Assembly (NCBI GenBank): GCA_965204755.1 | Contig: OZ242011.1 | Location: 160,001-224,000, forward strand | DNA length: 64,000 nucleotides | From: Candidatus Marinacidobacterium sp. | GTDB taxonomy: Bacteria; Acidobacteriota; Vicinamibacteria; Marinacidobacterales; Marinacidobacteraceae | Direction of reading: 5' to 3' | Shown: positions 27,553 through 37,161 of the stretch, piece by piece | Layout: each line of letters opens with the position of its first letter | Numbering within the stretch: the stretch's first letter is position 1 | Notes under the pieces: model-generated | What the model saw: the letters and a program-made list of their open reading frames with translations, nothing else | Databases searched by the model: none | What the model was told of the DNA's origin: nothing | Position numbers and translations under genes: made by a program

Positions 27553-28709
27553 CCCGCCCCGGCGAGCGCCGGGAGGCCGCTCATCCCCTCGGCGAAGACC
27601 GTGTAAGCCTCCTCGACCCGGGTCCGGTCACCGGCGTCGCCGTGGAGGTCGAGCAGCCAGGCGCCCCGGACGATGCGCTTCAGCGCCGCCCAGGGCCGCT
27701 CTTCCGGGCCCAGGCGCTCCCCGTAGGCGAGCGCCAGTTCCTTCGCTTCGAGCGCCGGGATGAACAGGTCCGCCCAGCGCCCGGCGGAGATCAGGTTCCG
27801 GACCCGCCGATCCCGGTCGTGGATCTCCCGGAGGATCGCCTCCGGCCGCTCGGGGATCCGGAGTTCCGGCAGGCCCCCCGCCGAGGGGGAGTCCGCCGAC
27901 CCGGCGGCGGATTCGGACGCGAGCCGCGCCCGCTCCGCTTCCGGCAGGAAGACGAAGTCGAACCGGGCTTCCTCCTCCCGGTCCGGGAACCGCACGAAGG
28001 CGGTGAAGGAAGCGCGTTCGTCGGGATCCGTCTCCGCGGGCATCTCCAGCGCCTCCGGGGCGGAGGCGAGCGGCGCCGGGTCGCCGATCGGCTCTCCCCG
28101 GTCGTCGGCGGGGACGGCGCGGGCGCGGAACCCCGCCGGGGGCAGCGGGCGGGTGAACGAGTCGTAGAAGTAGAGGCGGAAGGCGCCGTCCACCAGCGCG
28201 CCTTCGAGGTGGTGCACGCCGTCCGGGGCCATGAACAGGACGCCCCCGTGGCGCGGGTTGTGGTCGCCGTGCTCGGCCCGGCGGGTCGTTCGGTCGCGGG
28301 GCGCCCCGCCTTCGCACTCGCCCGGCTCGGGGAACAGGCGGTCCGGCGCGTCCGGGCAGAACCAGACGACTTCGCGCGTCGTCGGCGCCAGCGGTTCGCC
28401 GGTGGACGGACAGGTCCCCGGCGTCTCGGAGACGACGGCGTCCGTTTCGTCCGCGAGGCAGACATAGCGGGTGGTCAGCGTCCGGCGCACCATGGCCATG
28501 CCGCAGATCGCGCAGCGGGAAGGCCCGGCGGCCTGGCGGTCCCGGTGCATCGGGCAGAGGAAGACCGTGTAGTCCTCCTGGACGGGCGTCCCGGCGGGCG
28601 TCCCGGCCGGCGCGCCCCCGGCGGCGGAGGCCCAACCGGAAGAAACCAGGAACGCCGCCGCCAGGACGAGGCGCCGGCGTCGGCTCGGGGGTCTCGACGA
28701 AGGAGCCAC
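27540..28709 (-). CDS. Exported heavy-metal-binding domain protein
   Basis: FLCPMH...CAICGMAM plus two degenerate copies, and HGDHNPRHGGVLFMAPDGVHHLEG. Confidence 0.75.
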   Translation of the reverse strand: MAPSSRPPSRRRRLVLAAAFLVSSGWASAAGGAPAGTPAGTPVQEDYTVFLCPMHRDRQAAGPSRCAICGMAMVRRTLTTRYVCLADETDAVVSETPGTCPSTGEPLAPTTREVVWFCPDAPDRLFPEPGECEGGAPRDRTTRRAEHGDHNPRHGGVLFMAPDGVHHLEGALVDGAFRLYFYDSFTRPLPPAGFRARAVPADDRGEPIGDPAPLASAPEALEMPAETDPDERASFTAFVRFPDREEEARFDFVFLPEAERARLASESAAGSADSPSAGGLPELRIPERPEAILREIHDRDRRVRNLISAGRWADLFIPALEAKELALAYGERLGPEERPWAALKRIVRGAWLLDLHGDAGDRTRVEEAYTVFAEGMSGLPALAGAGCPR

Positions 28710-28725
28710 GGCGGAAATGTACCGA

Positions 28726-29289
28726 TCAGGCGGGCGGCGGCTCCGACGACTGCCCCGGGGGTGACTCCGACGGGGAGGCCGTCAGCGGGACCACGATCCC
28801 TTCGGCGGCGCGCGCCAGGGACTCCGGGGCGAGCAGGATCTCCTCGCCCCAGACCCCGGCGCCGACGCCGAGCACCGGCTCCGCCATGAGCGCCTCGTCG
28901 AGGAAGGTGCGGACGCCGGGCGGCTGCCAGGAGAACGGCGGGATGGAGCCGATCCGGTAGCCGGTGAAGGCGAGCACCGCTTCGGGGCTGGCCAGGCGGA
29001 TGTTCCGGTTGCCGAAGGCGCGTTTCAGCAGCCGGGAGACGGCGCTCCGGTCGCCGCCGACGGCGACGAGCGCCCGCTCGCCGGTCCCGGACTCGAAGAC
29101 CAGCGTCTTCACCATCTGGCTCTCCCGGAACCCGAGCGCCCGGGCGACGGAAGCCGCCCCCTTCGGCGTCGTCGCCGGGAAGGTCCGCCGCTCCCAGGGG
29201 ATGCCCCGTTCGTCGAGGTGCCGGTGGGCGGGCAGCCGCCCGTCGGGACCTCGCTCGGGGCCTCGCTCGGGGCCTCGCTCCGGACTCAC
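28726..29289 (-). CDS. ybaK: YbaK/EbsC aminoacyl-tRNA deacylase family
   Basis: QMVKTLVF, LASPEAV..FTGYRIGSIPPF, GAGVWG. GTG start overlaps the SDR stop. Confidence 0.8.
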   Translation of the reverse strand: MSPERGPERGPERGPDGRLPAHRHLDERGIPWERRTFPATTPKGAASVARALGFRESQMVKTLVFESGTGERALVAVGGDRSAVSRLLKRAFGNRNIRLASPEAVLAFTGYRIGSIPPFSWQPPGVRTFLDEALMAEPVLGVGAGVWGEEILLAPESLARAAEGIVVPLTASPSESPPGQSSEPPPA

Positions 29290-30158
29290 CGGCCGCCCTC
29301 CCCTCCGGCGCGGCGGGCGAGTTCCGAGCCCACCGCCCGCCCCGCCCGGCGCACCGCCGCCCGCGGCAGCAGCCGGACGAGCAGGGGCGTGAGCCGGGGC
29401 AGGAAGCCGGGATTCACCACCACCCGGCCCCGGAGCGCCCCCCGGTAGCCGGCGCGGGCGACCGCCTTCGGGTCGGCGAGCGCCAGCCGCCGGACCCCGG
29501 AGAGCCGGCGGATCCCGGCGGTGGACAGGAACGGGGTGTCCACCGGCCCCGGGCAGAGCACGCTCACGGTGACGCCGCTGCCGGCCAGTTCCCCGGCCAG
29601 CCCCTCGGTGAGATGGAGCAGGAACGCCTTGGCGGCGGCATAGACGGTGAAACCGAGCCCGGGGACATACCCGGCCCCGGAACCCACATTCAGGATCCGC
29701 CCGCTCCCGGAGCGGAGCATCTCCGGCAGGAAGAGGCGGCAGAGGTCGGCCGGCGCGGAGAGGTCGAGCGCGATCATCGCCCGCTGGAGCCGGAGCGGGA
29801 CCTCCGTGAACGGGCGGCTCACCCCGAACCCGGCGTTGTTCACCAGGAAGTCCACCCGGAGACCGCGCTCCCGGACCTCCTCGAACAGCCGCTCGGCGGC
29901 GCCGGCCCCGGTGAGGTCGAGCGGGAGCGCGACGGCGCGGACCCGATACTCGTCCTCGATCCGTTCGGCCAGCCGGGCGAGGCGCTCCCCGTTCCGCGCC
30001 ACCAGCACCGTGTCCCGGCCGTCCGCGGCGGCGAGGAGCGCGATCTCCCGCCCGATCCCGGTGGAAGCCCCGGTGACCAGGGTCCAACCGGACACCGGCG
30101 CGCCGGGCGGCGCCCCTTCGACCGGCGCCGACCCCTCCGGCTCGCCTCTTTCCGCCAC
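29286..30158 (-). CDS. Short-chain dehydrogenase/reductase (DltE-like)
   Basis: TGASTGIG, LVNNAGFG, YAAAK, CPGPVDT. Confidence 0.93.
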   Translation of the reverse strand: MAERGEPEGSAPVEGAPPGAPVSGWTLVTGASTGIGREIALLAAADGRDTVLVARNGERLARLAERIEDEYRVRAVALPLDLTGAGAAERLFEEVRERGLRVDFLVNNAGFGVSRPFTEVPLRLQRAMIALDLSAPADLCRLFLPEMLRSGSGRILNVGSGAGYVPGLGFTVYAAAKAFLLHLTEGLAGELAGSGVTVSVLCPGPVDTPFLSTAGIRRLSGVRRLALADPKAVARAGYRGALRGRVVVNPGFLPRLTPLLVRLLPRAAVRRAGRAVGSELARRAGGEGGR

Positions 30159-30205
30159 GCGCTCCCCGCTCGTTCGCCGGTACCATCCCCAGTCTATTCC
30201 GCCCC

Positions 30206-32317
30206 GTGATCGAACCTCCTCCCGCGCCGCCCCGACCCCGCCTGATCCCGCGCGAGATCTCGCAACTCGCGTTCAACGCGCGCGTCCTCCAGGAAGCCCG
30301 CGACGAGACCGTGCCGCTCCTCGAGCGGCTGCGGTTCCTCGGCATCTTCTCGAGCAACCAGGACGAGTACTACCGGGTGCGCGTCGCCACCATCCAGCGG
30401 CTGCACCGGCTCGGCGGCAAGGGGCGGCAACTGCTCGGCGGCGACCCCGGCGACCTGCTCGAGGAGATCCAACGCCGGATCCTCAACGACCAGAGCGTCT
30501 TCCTCGACACCTACGACCTCCTGCTCGGCCAACTCGAGGAGCACGGGATCCACATCCTCACCGACCGGGACCTGAACGAGGAACAGGGCCGCTTCGTCCG
30601 CGACTACTTCACCCGGAAGGTCCGGCCGCGCCTCACGCCGATCATGCTCGGCGGCAAGGGGAAGCGGCTCCAACTCGACGAGCGGGACATCTACCTCGGA
30701 GTGGAGGTGGAGCGCCACGGCCGGGAGGGGATGCACGCCATCGTGGACATCCCGGTGCGGGCCGTCGGGCGGTTCGTCCGCCTGCCGTCGCCGAAGAACG
30801 GCGCGACGATCATCCTCCTCGAAGATGTGATCCGGCGCCACCTCGCGGACATCTTCTCGATCTTCCGCGTGAGGCACACCCACGGGTATGTGGTGAAACT
30901 CACCCGCGACGCGGAAATCGACCTCGACGGCAATCCCCGGGACAGTTACCTGCGCCAGGTGCAGAAAAGCGTGCAGTCCCGGCGGACGGCGCCGCTGGTG
31001 CGGTTCGTGTACGACGCCACCATGCCGCCGACGCTCCTGAAGTCGCTCTGCCGCGCGCTCCGGGTGGACGACCGCTGCGTCCTGGTCCCGGGCGGGCGGC
31101 ACCACAACTTCAAGGACTTCATCCACTTCCCCCGGCTGAAGAAGGACCTCCGGTACCGGCCGTGGCCGCCGCTCGGCGTGCCGGCGATCGACGGGAGCCG
31201 CTCCATCATGCGCGCCATCCGGGGCGGCGACATCCTGCTCGAAACTCCTTACCAGCGGTTCTCCAGCCTCATCGATCTCCTGCGCGAAGCGGCGATCGAC
31301 CCGAAGGTGACCCGCATCTACATCACCATGTACCGGGTCGCCCCGAACTCCGGCGTCGTGGGGGCGCTGGTGAACGCCGCCCGGAACGGCAAGCAGGTCA
31401 CCGCGGTGGTGGAACTCACCGCCCGGTTCGACGAGGCCACGAACATCGAGTTCACCGACATCCTGACCCGCGAGGGCGTGCGCGTGGTGTTCGGCCCGGA
31501 AGACCTGAAGATCCACGCCAAGATGGGCGTGATCGAACGCAAGGAGCGCGGCGAACGCGTCCGCTACGGCTTCCTCGGCACCGGGAACATGAACGAGGAC
31601 ACCGCGGCGATCTACGCCGACCATTTCCTGCTGACCGCGCACCCCGGCATCTGCTCGGACATCGCCCGGCTGTTCCGGGTGATCCGCCGCCCGTACGAAG
31701 AGCGGAACATGGAGCACCTGGTCGCTTCCCCGTGGGACCTCCACGACTTCGTCGCCGGGAAGATCCGCGCGGAGACCGAGCGCGCCCGGCGCGGCGAACC
31801 GGCCTTCATCGAGGCGAAACTCAACAACCTCACCCACCCGGGCATCATCGCGCTCCTCTACGAGGCCGCGGACGCCGGGGTGGACCTCCGGTTCATCGTG
31901 CGCGGCACTTTCTCGATCCCGACCGAAGAGGTCCCGGCCCGGGGCGCGCTCCGCGCCATCACCATCCTCGACCGGTACCTCGAGCACTCCCGGATCCTGG
32001 TCTTCGGGAACGGCGGCGACCCGCAGTTCTACCTGAGTTCCTCCGACTGGATGCCGCGGAGTTTCAACCGCCGGATCGAGATCGCCTTCCCCATCTACGA
32101 CCCGGCGGTGCGAAGCAAACTCCGCCGGTACTTGGACCTGCAGTTCGAGGACAACTGCAAGGCGCGCGAACACGGCCGCGCCGGCGAGAACCGCCGGGTC
32201 CCCGCCGGCGAGGCGCGGATCGCGGCGCAGGAGGCGATCTACCGGCGGATCGCCGAGGAAGCCGAGGAAGAGCGGCGGTCCGCAGTCGAGGAGGCCGCCG
32301 AAGTCACCGCGGGCTGA
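30206..32317 (+). CDS. ppk1: Polyphosphate kinase 1
   Basis: REISQLAFNARVLQEA, PLLERLRFLGIFSSNQDEYYRVRVA, ELTARFDE, LKIHAK, GTGNMNE, DRYLEHSR, SSDWMPRSFNRRIE. Confidence 0.96.
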   Translation: MIEPPPAPPRPRLIPREISQLAFNARVLQEARDETVPLLERLRFLGIFSSNQDEYYRVRVATIQRLHRLGGKGRQLLGGDPGDLLEEIQRRILNDQSVFLDTYDLLLGQLEEHGIHILTDRDLNEEQGRFVRDYFTRKVRPRLTPIMLGGKGKRLQLDERDIYLGVEVERHGREGMHAIVDIPVRAVGRFVRLPSPKNGATIILLEDVIRRHLADIFSIFRVRHTHGYVVKLTRDAEIDLDGNPRDSYLRQVQKSVQSRRTAPLVRFVYDATMPPTLLKSLCRALRVDDRCVLVPGGRHHNFKDFIHFPRLKKDLRYRPWPPLGVPAIDGSRSIMRAIRGGDILLETPYQRFSSLIDLLREAAIDPKVTRIYITMYRVAPNSGVVGALVNAARNGKQVTAVVELTARFDEATNIEFTDILTREGVRVVFGPEDLKIHAKMGVIERKERGERVRYGFLGTGNMNEDTAAIYADHFLLTAHPGICSDIARLFRVIRRPYEERNMEHLVASPWDLHDFVAGKIRAETERARRGEPAFIEAKLNNLTHPGIIALLYEAADAGVDLRFIVRGTFSIPTEEVPARGALRAITILDRYLEHSRILVFGNGGDPQFYLSSSDWMPRSFNRRIEIAFPIYDPAVRSKLRRYLDLQFEDNCKAREHGRAGENRRVPAGEARIAAQEAIYRRIAEEAEEERRSAVEEAAEVTAG

Positions 32318-33395
32318 GCAGCAGCGCGGCCAGCGCGCCGCCCCGGTCGAGGGACTCGTAGGCGGACGCCGCCTCCGCGAACGGCGTCCGCAGGGTGACC
32401 AGCCGCTCCAGCGGGACTTCGGCGAGCAGCCGCCAGGCAGTCTTCCGGCGGCGGGCCACCGACCAGGCCGGGCCGAGGGGAGGCAGCCGGCTGACCTGCG
32501 AGGAGACGAGGCGCAGCCGGCCCCGGTGGAAGGCGCCGCCCAGGTCGAGCGGCGTCGGGTCTCCGGCGAGCCAGGAGCCGACGACGATCCGGCCCTCCGG
32601 CGCCGCCAGCCGGAGCGCCCCGTCGAGCGCGGCGGGGTTCCCGGAGACCTCGTAGACCAGGTCCGCCCGCGCCCCGGAGGCCGACTCCGCCTCTTCGGGC
32701 GAGACCGAGGACGACGCGCCGAACTCCCGCGACCGGGCGCGGCGCTCCGGGTCGGGATCGGCGGTGACCAGGTCGTCGAGCGGAAAGCGGGCGAGGAGCG
32801 CGGTGAGGGCCAGGCCGAGCGCGCCCTGCCCGAGGACCGCCACCCGTTCCCCGGCGAGGGGGCGCCCGTCGAGCAGGAGGTTCACCGCCGTCTCCAGGTA
32901 GGGGAAGAGCGCGGCCCGCTCGTCGGGGATTCCCGGAGGCGGGCGCTCGAGGTCCGCGGCCGCCGCGGTGAACGCCGTCCGGTGCGGGACGAAGGCAAAC
33001 ACCCGGTCCCCGGGGGCGAGGGCGCCGGCGGGAGGCGGGCCGGCGCCCGGCGGCGCGGGCTCGCCCAGCCGTTCGACGACGCCCACCGAGGCGTAGCCGT
33101 AGGGGAACGGGAACCGGAAGGCGCCGCCGCGGAGGGCCGTGAGGGTTTCGTCGCGCGCCAGGCCGGGGTCGAGCCGGCCCCGGTAGGCGGCGAGTTCGGT
33201 CCCGGAACTGATCGCCGAGAGGCGCGTCCGGACGAGCGCCTCGCCGGCCTGCGGCCCCGGGAGCGCTTCGCGCCGGACGCCGATCCGCCGGGGCCCCTCG
33301 AACCAGACGGCGAGCCGTTCCTCCCGGCCGCGGCCAGCCGGCGGCGGGCCGGGCGCCTCGACGCGCGGGCGCGGCGCCCCGGCGCCCGAAGTCAC
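32304..33395 (-). CDS. MDR-family (zinc-binding alcohol dehydrogenase-like) oxidoreductase
   Basis: SAISSGTELAAYRG, FPFPYGYASVG, ETAVNLLLD, GQGALG, EVSGNP, FHRGRLRLVSSQV. Confidence 0.85.
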   Translation of the reverse strand: MTSGAGAPRPRVEAPGPPPAGRGREERLAVWFEGPRRIGVRREALPGPQAGEALVRTRLSAISSGTELAAYRGRLDPGLARDETLTALRGGAFRFPFPYGYASVGVVERLGEPAPPGAGPPPAGALAPGDRVFAFVPHRTAFTAAAADLERPPPGIPDERAALFPYLETAVNLLLDGRPLAGERVAVLGQGALGLALTALLARFPLDDLVTADPDPERRARSREFGASSSVSPEEAESASGARADLVYEVSGNPAALDGALRLAAPEGRIVVGSWLAGDPTPLDLGGAFHRGRLRLVSSQVSRLPPLGPAWSVARRRKTAWRLLAEVPLERLVTLRTPFAEAASAYESLDRGGALAALLLSPR

Positions 33396-34159
33396 CGGCC
33401 GGCGGCGGGGCCGCGGCGCGGGCGACCGAAGCGGGGCCGGCCGGCGAACACCAGGTCGTCGCCGTACCGGGCCCAGGCCAGGCCGTCGAGCGCGACCGGC
33501 GCCGAGACCCGGGCCAGCGCCGGTTCGCCGCCGAGCAGGCGCGGCGCCACCGTGACCACCACGCAGTCGGCGAGCCGGGCGGCGAACAGGGAGGTGAGCA
33601 CCCGGCTCCCCCCTTCGACCAGGAGCCGGCGGACGCCGCGCCGGGCGAGGGCGCGGAGCAGCGGACGGAGCGGGACCCGGCCATCCTCCGGGGCGAAGCG
33701 CAGGACCTCGGCCCCGCGCGCGGCGAGCCGTTCCGCCCGCGCCGCCGGGGCGTCCGCGGTGGCGGCGACCACCGGCCGGCGGCGCCCGGCGCCGGGGAGG
33801 AGCCGCGCGCTCCCCGGCAGCCGCAGCCGGCTGTCGAGCACCACCGGGACCGGGTCAGGCCCCGCGGCGAAACGGACGGTCAACCGGGGGTCGTCGGCGA
33901 GCACCGTGCCGATGCCCACCAGGATGGCGTCGTGCCGGGCGCGCAGCCGGTGCGTCAGCGAGAGCGCCCGGTCGCCGCTGAGCCGGAGCATCTCGCCCGG
34001 AACGAGGGCGATGGAGCCGTCCAGACTCTGCGCGTAACTCACCGTGACCCGGGGCCGGCTCGGCGGCCCGGCGCGGGCCCGGCCGCCGGGGCCGGCGCCT
34101 CCGGGCTCGGTCAGGCGGGCGATCTCGTCTTCGAGCGCCGACTCGGCCCCGCCGCCCAT
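33392..34159 (-). CDS. RibD C-terminal (pyrimidine reductase/DHFR-like) domain protein
   Basis: PRVTVSYAQSLDGSIA, HRLRARHDAILVGIGTVLADDPRLTVR, LLVEGGS. No deaminase domain. Confidence 0.9.
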   Translation of the reverse strand: MGGGAESALEDEIARLTEPGGAGPGGRARAGPPSRPRVTVSYAQSLDGSIALVPGEMLRLSGDRALSLTHRLRARHDAILVGIGTVLADDPRLTVRFAAGPDPVPVVLDSRLRLPGSARLLPGAGRRRPVVAATADAPAARAERLAARGAEVLRFAPEDGRVPLRPLLRALARRGVRRLLVEGGSRVLTSLFAARLADCVVVTVAPRLLGGEPALARVSAPVALDGLAWARYGDDLVFAGRPRFGRPRRGPAAGR

Positions 34160-36507
34160 CAGGAGTCCGCCGCCGACTCCTCGGGCGCCGGCGCCCGGCG
34201 CACGCCCACTTCCTCGATCAGGACTTCCCCGGGAGTCCCCGGGTCGAAGCGGAAGCGGACGCCGGTGAACGCGGTTTCCGGCGCCGCGCCCTCGGCGGCG
34301 GGCAGCCCTTCGGCCGCGGGCGGCTCCTCGGCGCCGGGCAGCGGGAGCAGCGCGGCGAGCGGCAGGAACACGGTCTGGGGGATGTCCTCGGTGTCCCGCC
34401 GGTACCGCCGCCGGGTGAGGTCTTCCGACTTCAGGAACCGGACCTCGAACGGGGGCTCGGGAGACAGCGAGGAAGCGACCGGCGCCTCGGGGCCCTCCCG
34501 TTCGGGAAACAGGAGTTGCGCGGTCATGGCGAGCGGAGGCCGCGCCCAGGGCGTCCCGTCGCCGGAAGAGTCCGGCGCCTCCGGGTTCCACACCAGCGAC
34601 AGGCGCAGTTCGTCCCCGGGGGCGAAGGGGATCGGCTCCGCGAAGCGGATCTCGTACTCGGGGGACGCGCTCCCCGCGGCGCCGGCCCGGACCCGCAGCC
34701 GGACCGCGGAACTCCCCTGCCGGGAGCCGTCCCGGAAGAGCATCTCCTCCTCGCTCCAGTCGGCGAACCCGGAGGCCCGGACGACGGAACCGGGGAGTCC
34801 CCCGGTGGTCAGGTCGAGGTCCTCGTCGAACCCGGCGATCTTCCGGGTGAGCGAGTCCGCGTACTGGTTGGCGAAGAGCGCCGACGGCAGGAACCGGGCG
34901 CCCGAGCGGTAGTCCCGGAAGAGCGGCAGGAACTCCGCTTCGCCGAGGAGCGAAGCGCGCAGGAAGGCCGACAGATAGACCGCCGCCGCCCGCTGCTGCT
35001 CCTCCGGGGCGAGCAGCGGCGCCCGGTTCAGCCAGAGCGCGCCGGGGAGACCCGAGTCCATCCCCCAAGTGGTGTTGAACTGCCCGTGGTTCGCGCCGTG
35101 GAGCACCACCCCCGCCTTGAACCGGAAGGGGAGGAGCCCGTCCTCCGTTTCGGCGTCCTCGGAGAAGCGCACCCGGTGGTACTGCCTCAGGCCGTGGAAA
35201 CTGGGCTCGTCGGTGTCGTAGGAGCCCTGGATGGCGAAGAAGTCCACATCCCGGAGTTCCATCCGCCGGGGATACCGGCGGTCGATCTGGGCGACCGCCG
35301 CGACCGCGCGGATGCCGAAGCGGTAGTCGAGGGTGAATTCCGCGTCGTCGGGGAAGTGGTCGAGGTCGTTGAGCGCGGCGGCGATCGCCGCCGCCTCGCC
35401 GCCCCGGGAGTGGCCGACGAGCGCCACCCGCTCGAAGTCGAGCCGGTTGTAGAGCGGCGTTCTCGGGTTGCGGCTCCACTCCCGGAAGAAGCGGAGGTGC
35501 TCGAGCAGGAGGATCGCCCGCGCGGGCATTTCGCGGCCGCCGAAGTCCCCGGACCAACTCCCGTTCAGGAAGTTCGCGTCCACCGAAGCCGCGGCGATCC
35601 CGTGGCTGGCGAACAGGTCGAGCAGGTAGTCGTAGCCGGCGTCGGAGAAGTCCTCCATCCGGTGGTTCCCGTGGACCACCAGGGCGATCGGCCGCCGGTC
35701 CCCGGCGTCCACCTGGGGCAGGACCAGGCGCCCGTTCAGGGGCGCGCGGGAGATGCCGAACCCCCACCACCACTCCCGGTGGCGGGCGCGGAACCCCTCC
35801 CACTCCGGCAGGAGTTGGCTCAGGTCCACCCGCCGGGATTCGATGTCCACCGCCTCGCCGTACTCCGGCCGGCGGGCGTCGGTCCCGCTGCCGTAGGTGA
35901 GCCGGGTCGTGGCGTAGGGGCCGGGCGCGGCCGGGTCGGAGGGGATCGGCGCCGGCGGGGAACCGGGCTGGGCCACCGGCGCCCGGGGCCAGGGATCGCT
36001 TCCGGGCGAAAGGAGCCAGGAGACGCCGAAGGCGGCGATCGCGAGACCCGGCGCGGCGAGGGCCAGTCCCGGCCAGCGGGAGGAAGCGTGCGGCGGCCGG
36101 AGGAACCAGGCGCCGCCGAAGGCGAACAGGAACGGCCCGCCGAAGACCACGGCGACCAGCCCCGGCAGCAGTTCCTCCGGCCAGCGGAGGGCGAACGAGC
36201 GGAGCAGGTAGAGGCTCGCCCCGGAGGCCAGCAGCACCACCGCCACATCGCCGGAGAGGCGGCGGAGCGCGCCCGACAGGAGCCAGCCGACGCCGACGAA
36301 GGCGAGCAGGGACAGCACCCCGGCGGCGAGGCCGACGAACGCCGGGAGCACCGTGCCCGGCAGCGCCCCGTAGAAGACCGCCGCGAAGGTGTGGAGGACG
36401 ACCACGCAGAACGCCGCCGCCCCGGCGCCGGCGGCGTAGAACCGCACATGGTCGCGGAGCGGGCCTTCGGAAGCCCCCGCCCCGCGCCGGCGCCGCCTCA
36501 GGACCAC
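34159..36507 (-). CDS. Membrane-anchored alpha/beta hydrolase
   Basis: About five N-terminal TMs, VVHGNH, GHSRGG nucleophile elbow, GSYDTD, GANHGQFN. Confidence 0.85.
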   Translation of the reverse strand: MVLRRRRRGAGASEGPLRDHVRFYAAGAGAAAFCVVVLHTFAAVFYGALPGTVLPAFVGLAAGVLSLLAFVGVGWLLSGALRRLSGDVAVVLLASGASLYLLRSFALRWPEELLPGLVAVVFGGPFLFAFGGAWFLRPPHASSRWPGLALAAPGLAIAAFGVSWLLSPGSDPWPRAPVAQPGSPPAPIPSDPAAPGPYATTRLTYGSGTDARRPEYGEAVDIESRRVDLSQLLPEWEGFRARHREWWWGFGISRAPLNGRLVLPQVDAGDRRPIALVVHGNHRMEDFSDAGYDYLLDLFASHGIAAASVDANFLNGSWSGDFGGREMPARAILLLEHLRFFREWSRNPRTPLYNRLDFERVALVGHSRGGEAAAIAAALNDLDHFPDDAEFTLDYRFGIRAVAAVAQIDRRYPRRMELRDVDFFAIQGSYDTDEPSFHGLRQYHRVRFSEDAETEDGLLPFRFKAGVVLHGANHGQFNTTWGMDSGLPGALWLNRAPLLAPEEQQRAAAVYLSAFLRASLLGEAEFLPLFRDYRSGARFLPSALFANQYADSLTRKIAGFDEDLDLTTGGLPGSVVRASGFADWSEEEMLFRDGSRQGSSAVRLRVRAGAAGSASPEYEIRFAEPIPFAPGDELRLSLVWNPEAPDSSGDGTPWARPPLAMTAQLLFPEREGPEAPVASSLSPEPPFEVRFLKSEDLTRRRYRRDTEDIPQTVFLPLAALLPLPGAEEPPAAEGLPAAEGAAPETAFTGVRFRFDPGTPGEVLIEEVGVRRAPAPEESAADS

Positions 36508-36579
36508 CGCGCCGGGCGCCTCCCCCGCGCCTTCACCGCGGCGAGACGCCGGTTCCCGGCTCGCCCGGCCGCCGGGGTC

Positions 36580-36963
36580 TCAGGAGGAGGATTCCCGGAG
36601 GTAGGCGTCGGTGCCGTCCAGCCAGTCCTGCCGGGGCGGGTTGAAGATGTCCACATCGAGCGTGTCCTCGAGCGCGATCGCCTTGTGGGGAACCCACGAC
36701 GGCAGCACCAGCACCTCCCCGGCGCGCACATCGATCGGCTCGGAATCTTCGTCGCGGATCCAGAACCGCAGCGCCCCTTCGAGCACATAGGTGATCTGCT
36801 CGTTCTCGTGGGAGTGCATCGGCACGACCGCCCCCTTCGCCAGGTAAACATGGGTGAGCATCGTCCGTTCGGCGGTGATCATCCGGCGGCCGATCCGGTC
36901 GTTCAGCCGCTCCTTCGCCATGTCTTCCCAACGGAAGCGCCGAACCTCGTCGTTCGCGGCCAT
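36580..36963 (-). CDS. Cupin domain protein
   Basis: VPMHSHENEQITYVLEG...PSWVPHKA...DIFNPPRQDW, with an AAGGGAG RBS. Confidence 0.92.
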   Translation of the reverse strand: MAANDEVRRFRWEDMAKERLNDRIGRRMITAERTMLTHVYLAKGAVVPMHSHENEQITYVLEGALRFWIRDEDSEPIDVRAGEVLVLPSWVPHKAIALEDTLDVDIFNPPRQDWLDGTDAYLRESSS

Positions 36964-37161
36964 GGAAACTCCCTTCCGCGCGGCGTCGCGCCGCGCCCCG
37001 GCCCCGAGCCATCCCCGCCGGGGCCGAACGGCGAAACATGATACCGGGCGCCCCCTTCCGGCCCGCGGAGAGGCCGCCCCGCCCTCCGCTTCCCGACCGG
37101 AGCGTCGGAACTCCCCGCAGGGTTTCCCCGCCGAAGGGCACCCCCCGGGCTCGACGGGCCG

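Noticed and set aside
30194-32173. 659-aa minus ORF over ppk1 and similar long antisense or alternative-frame ORFs elsewhere
   Set aside because: They overlap genes with clear family motifs and have no recognisable features of their own.
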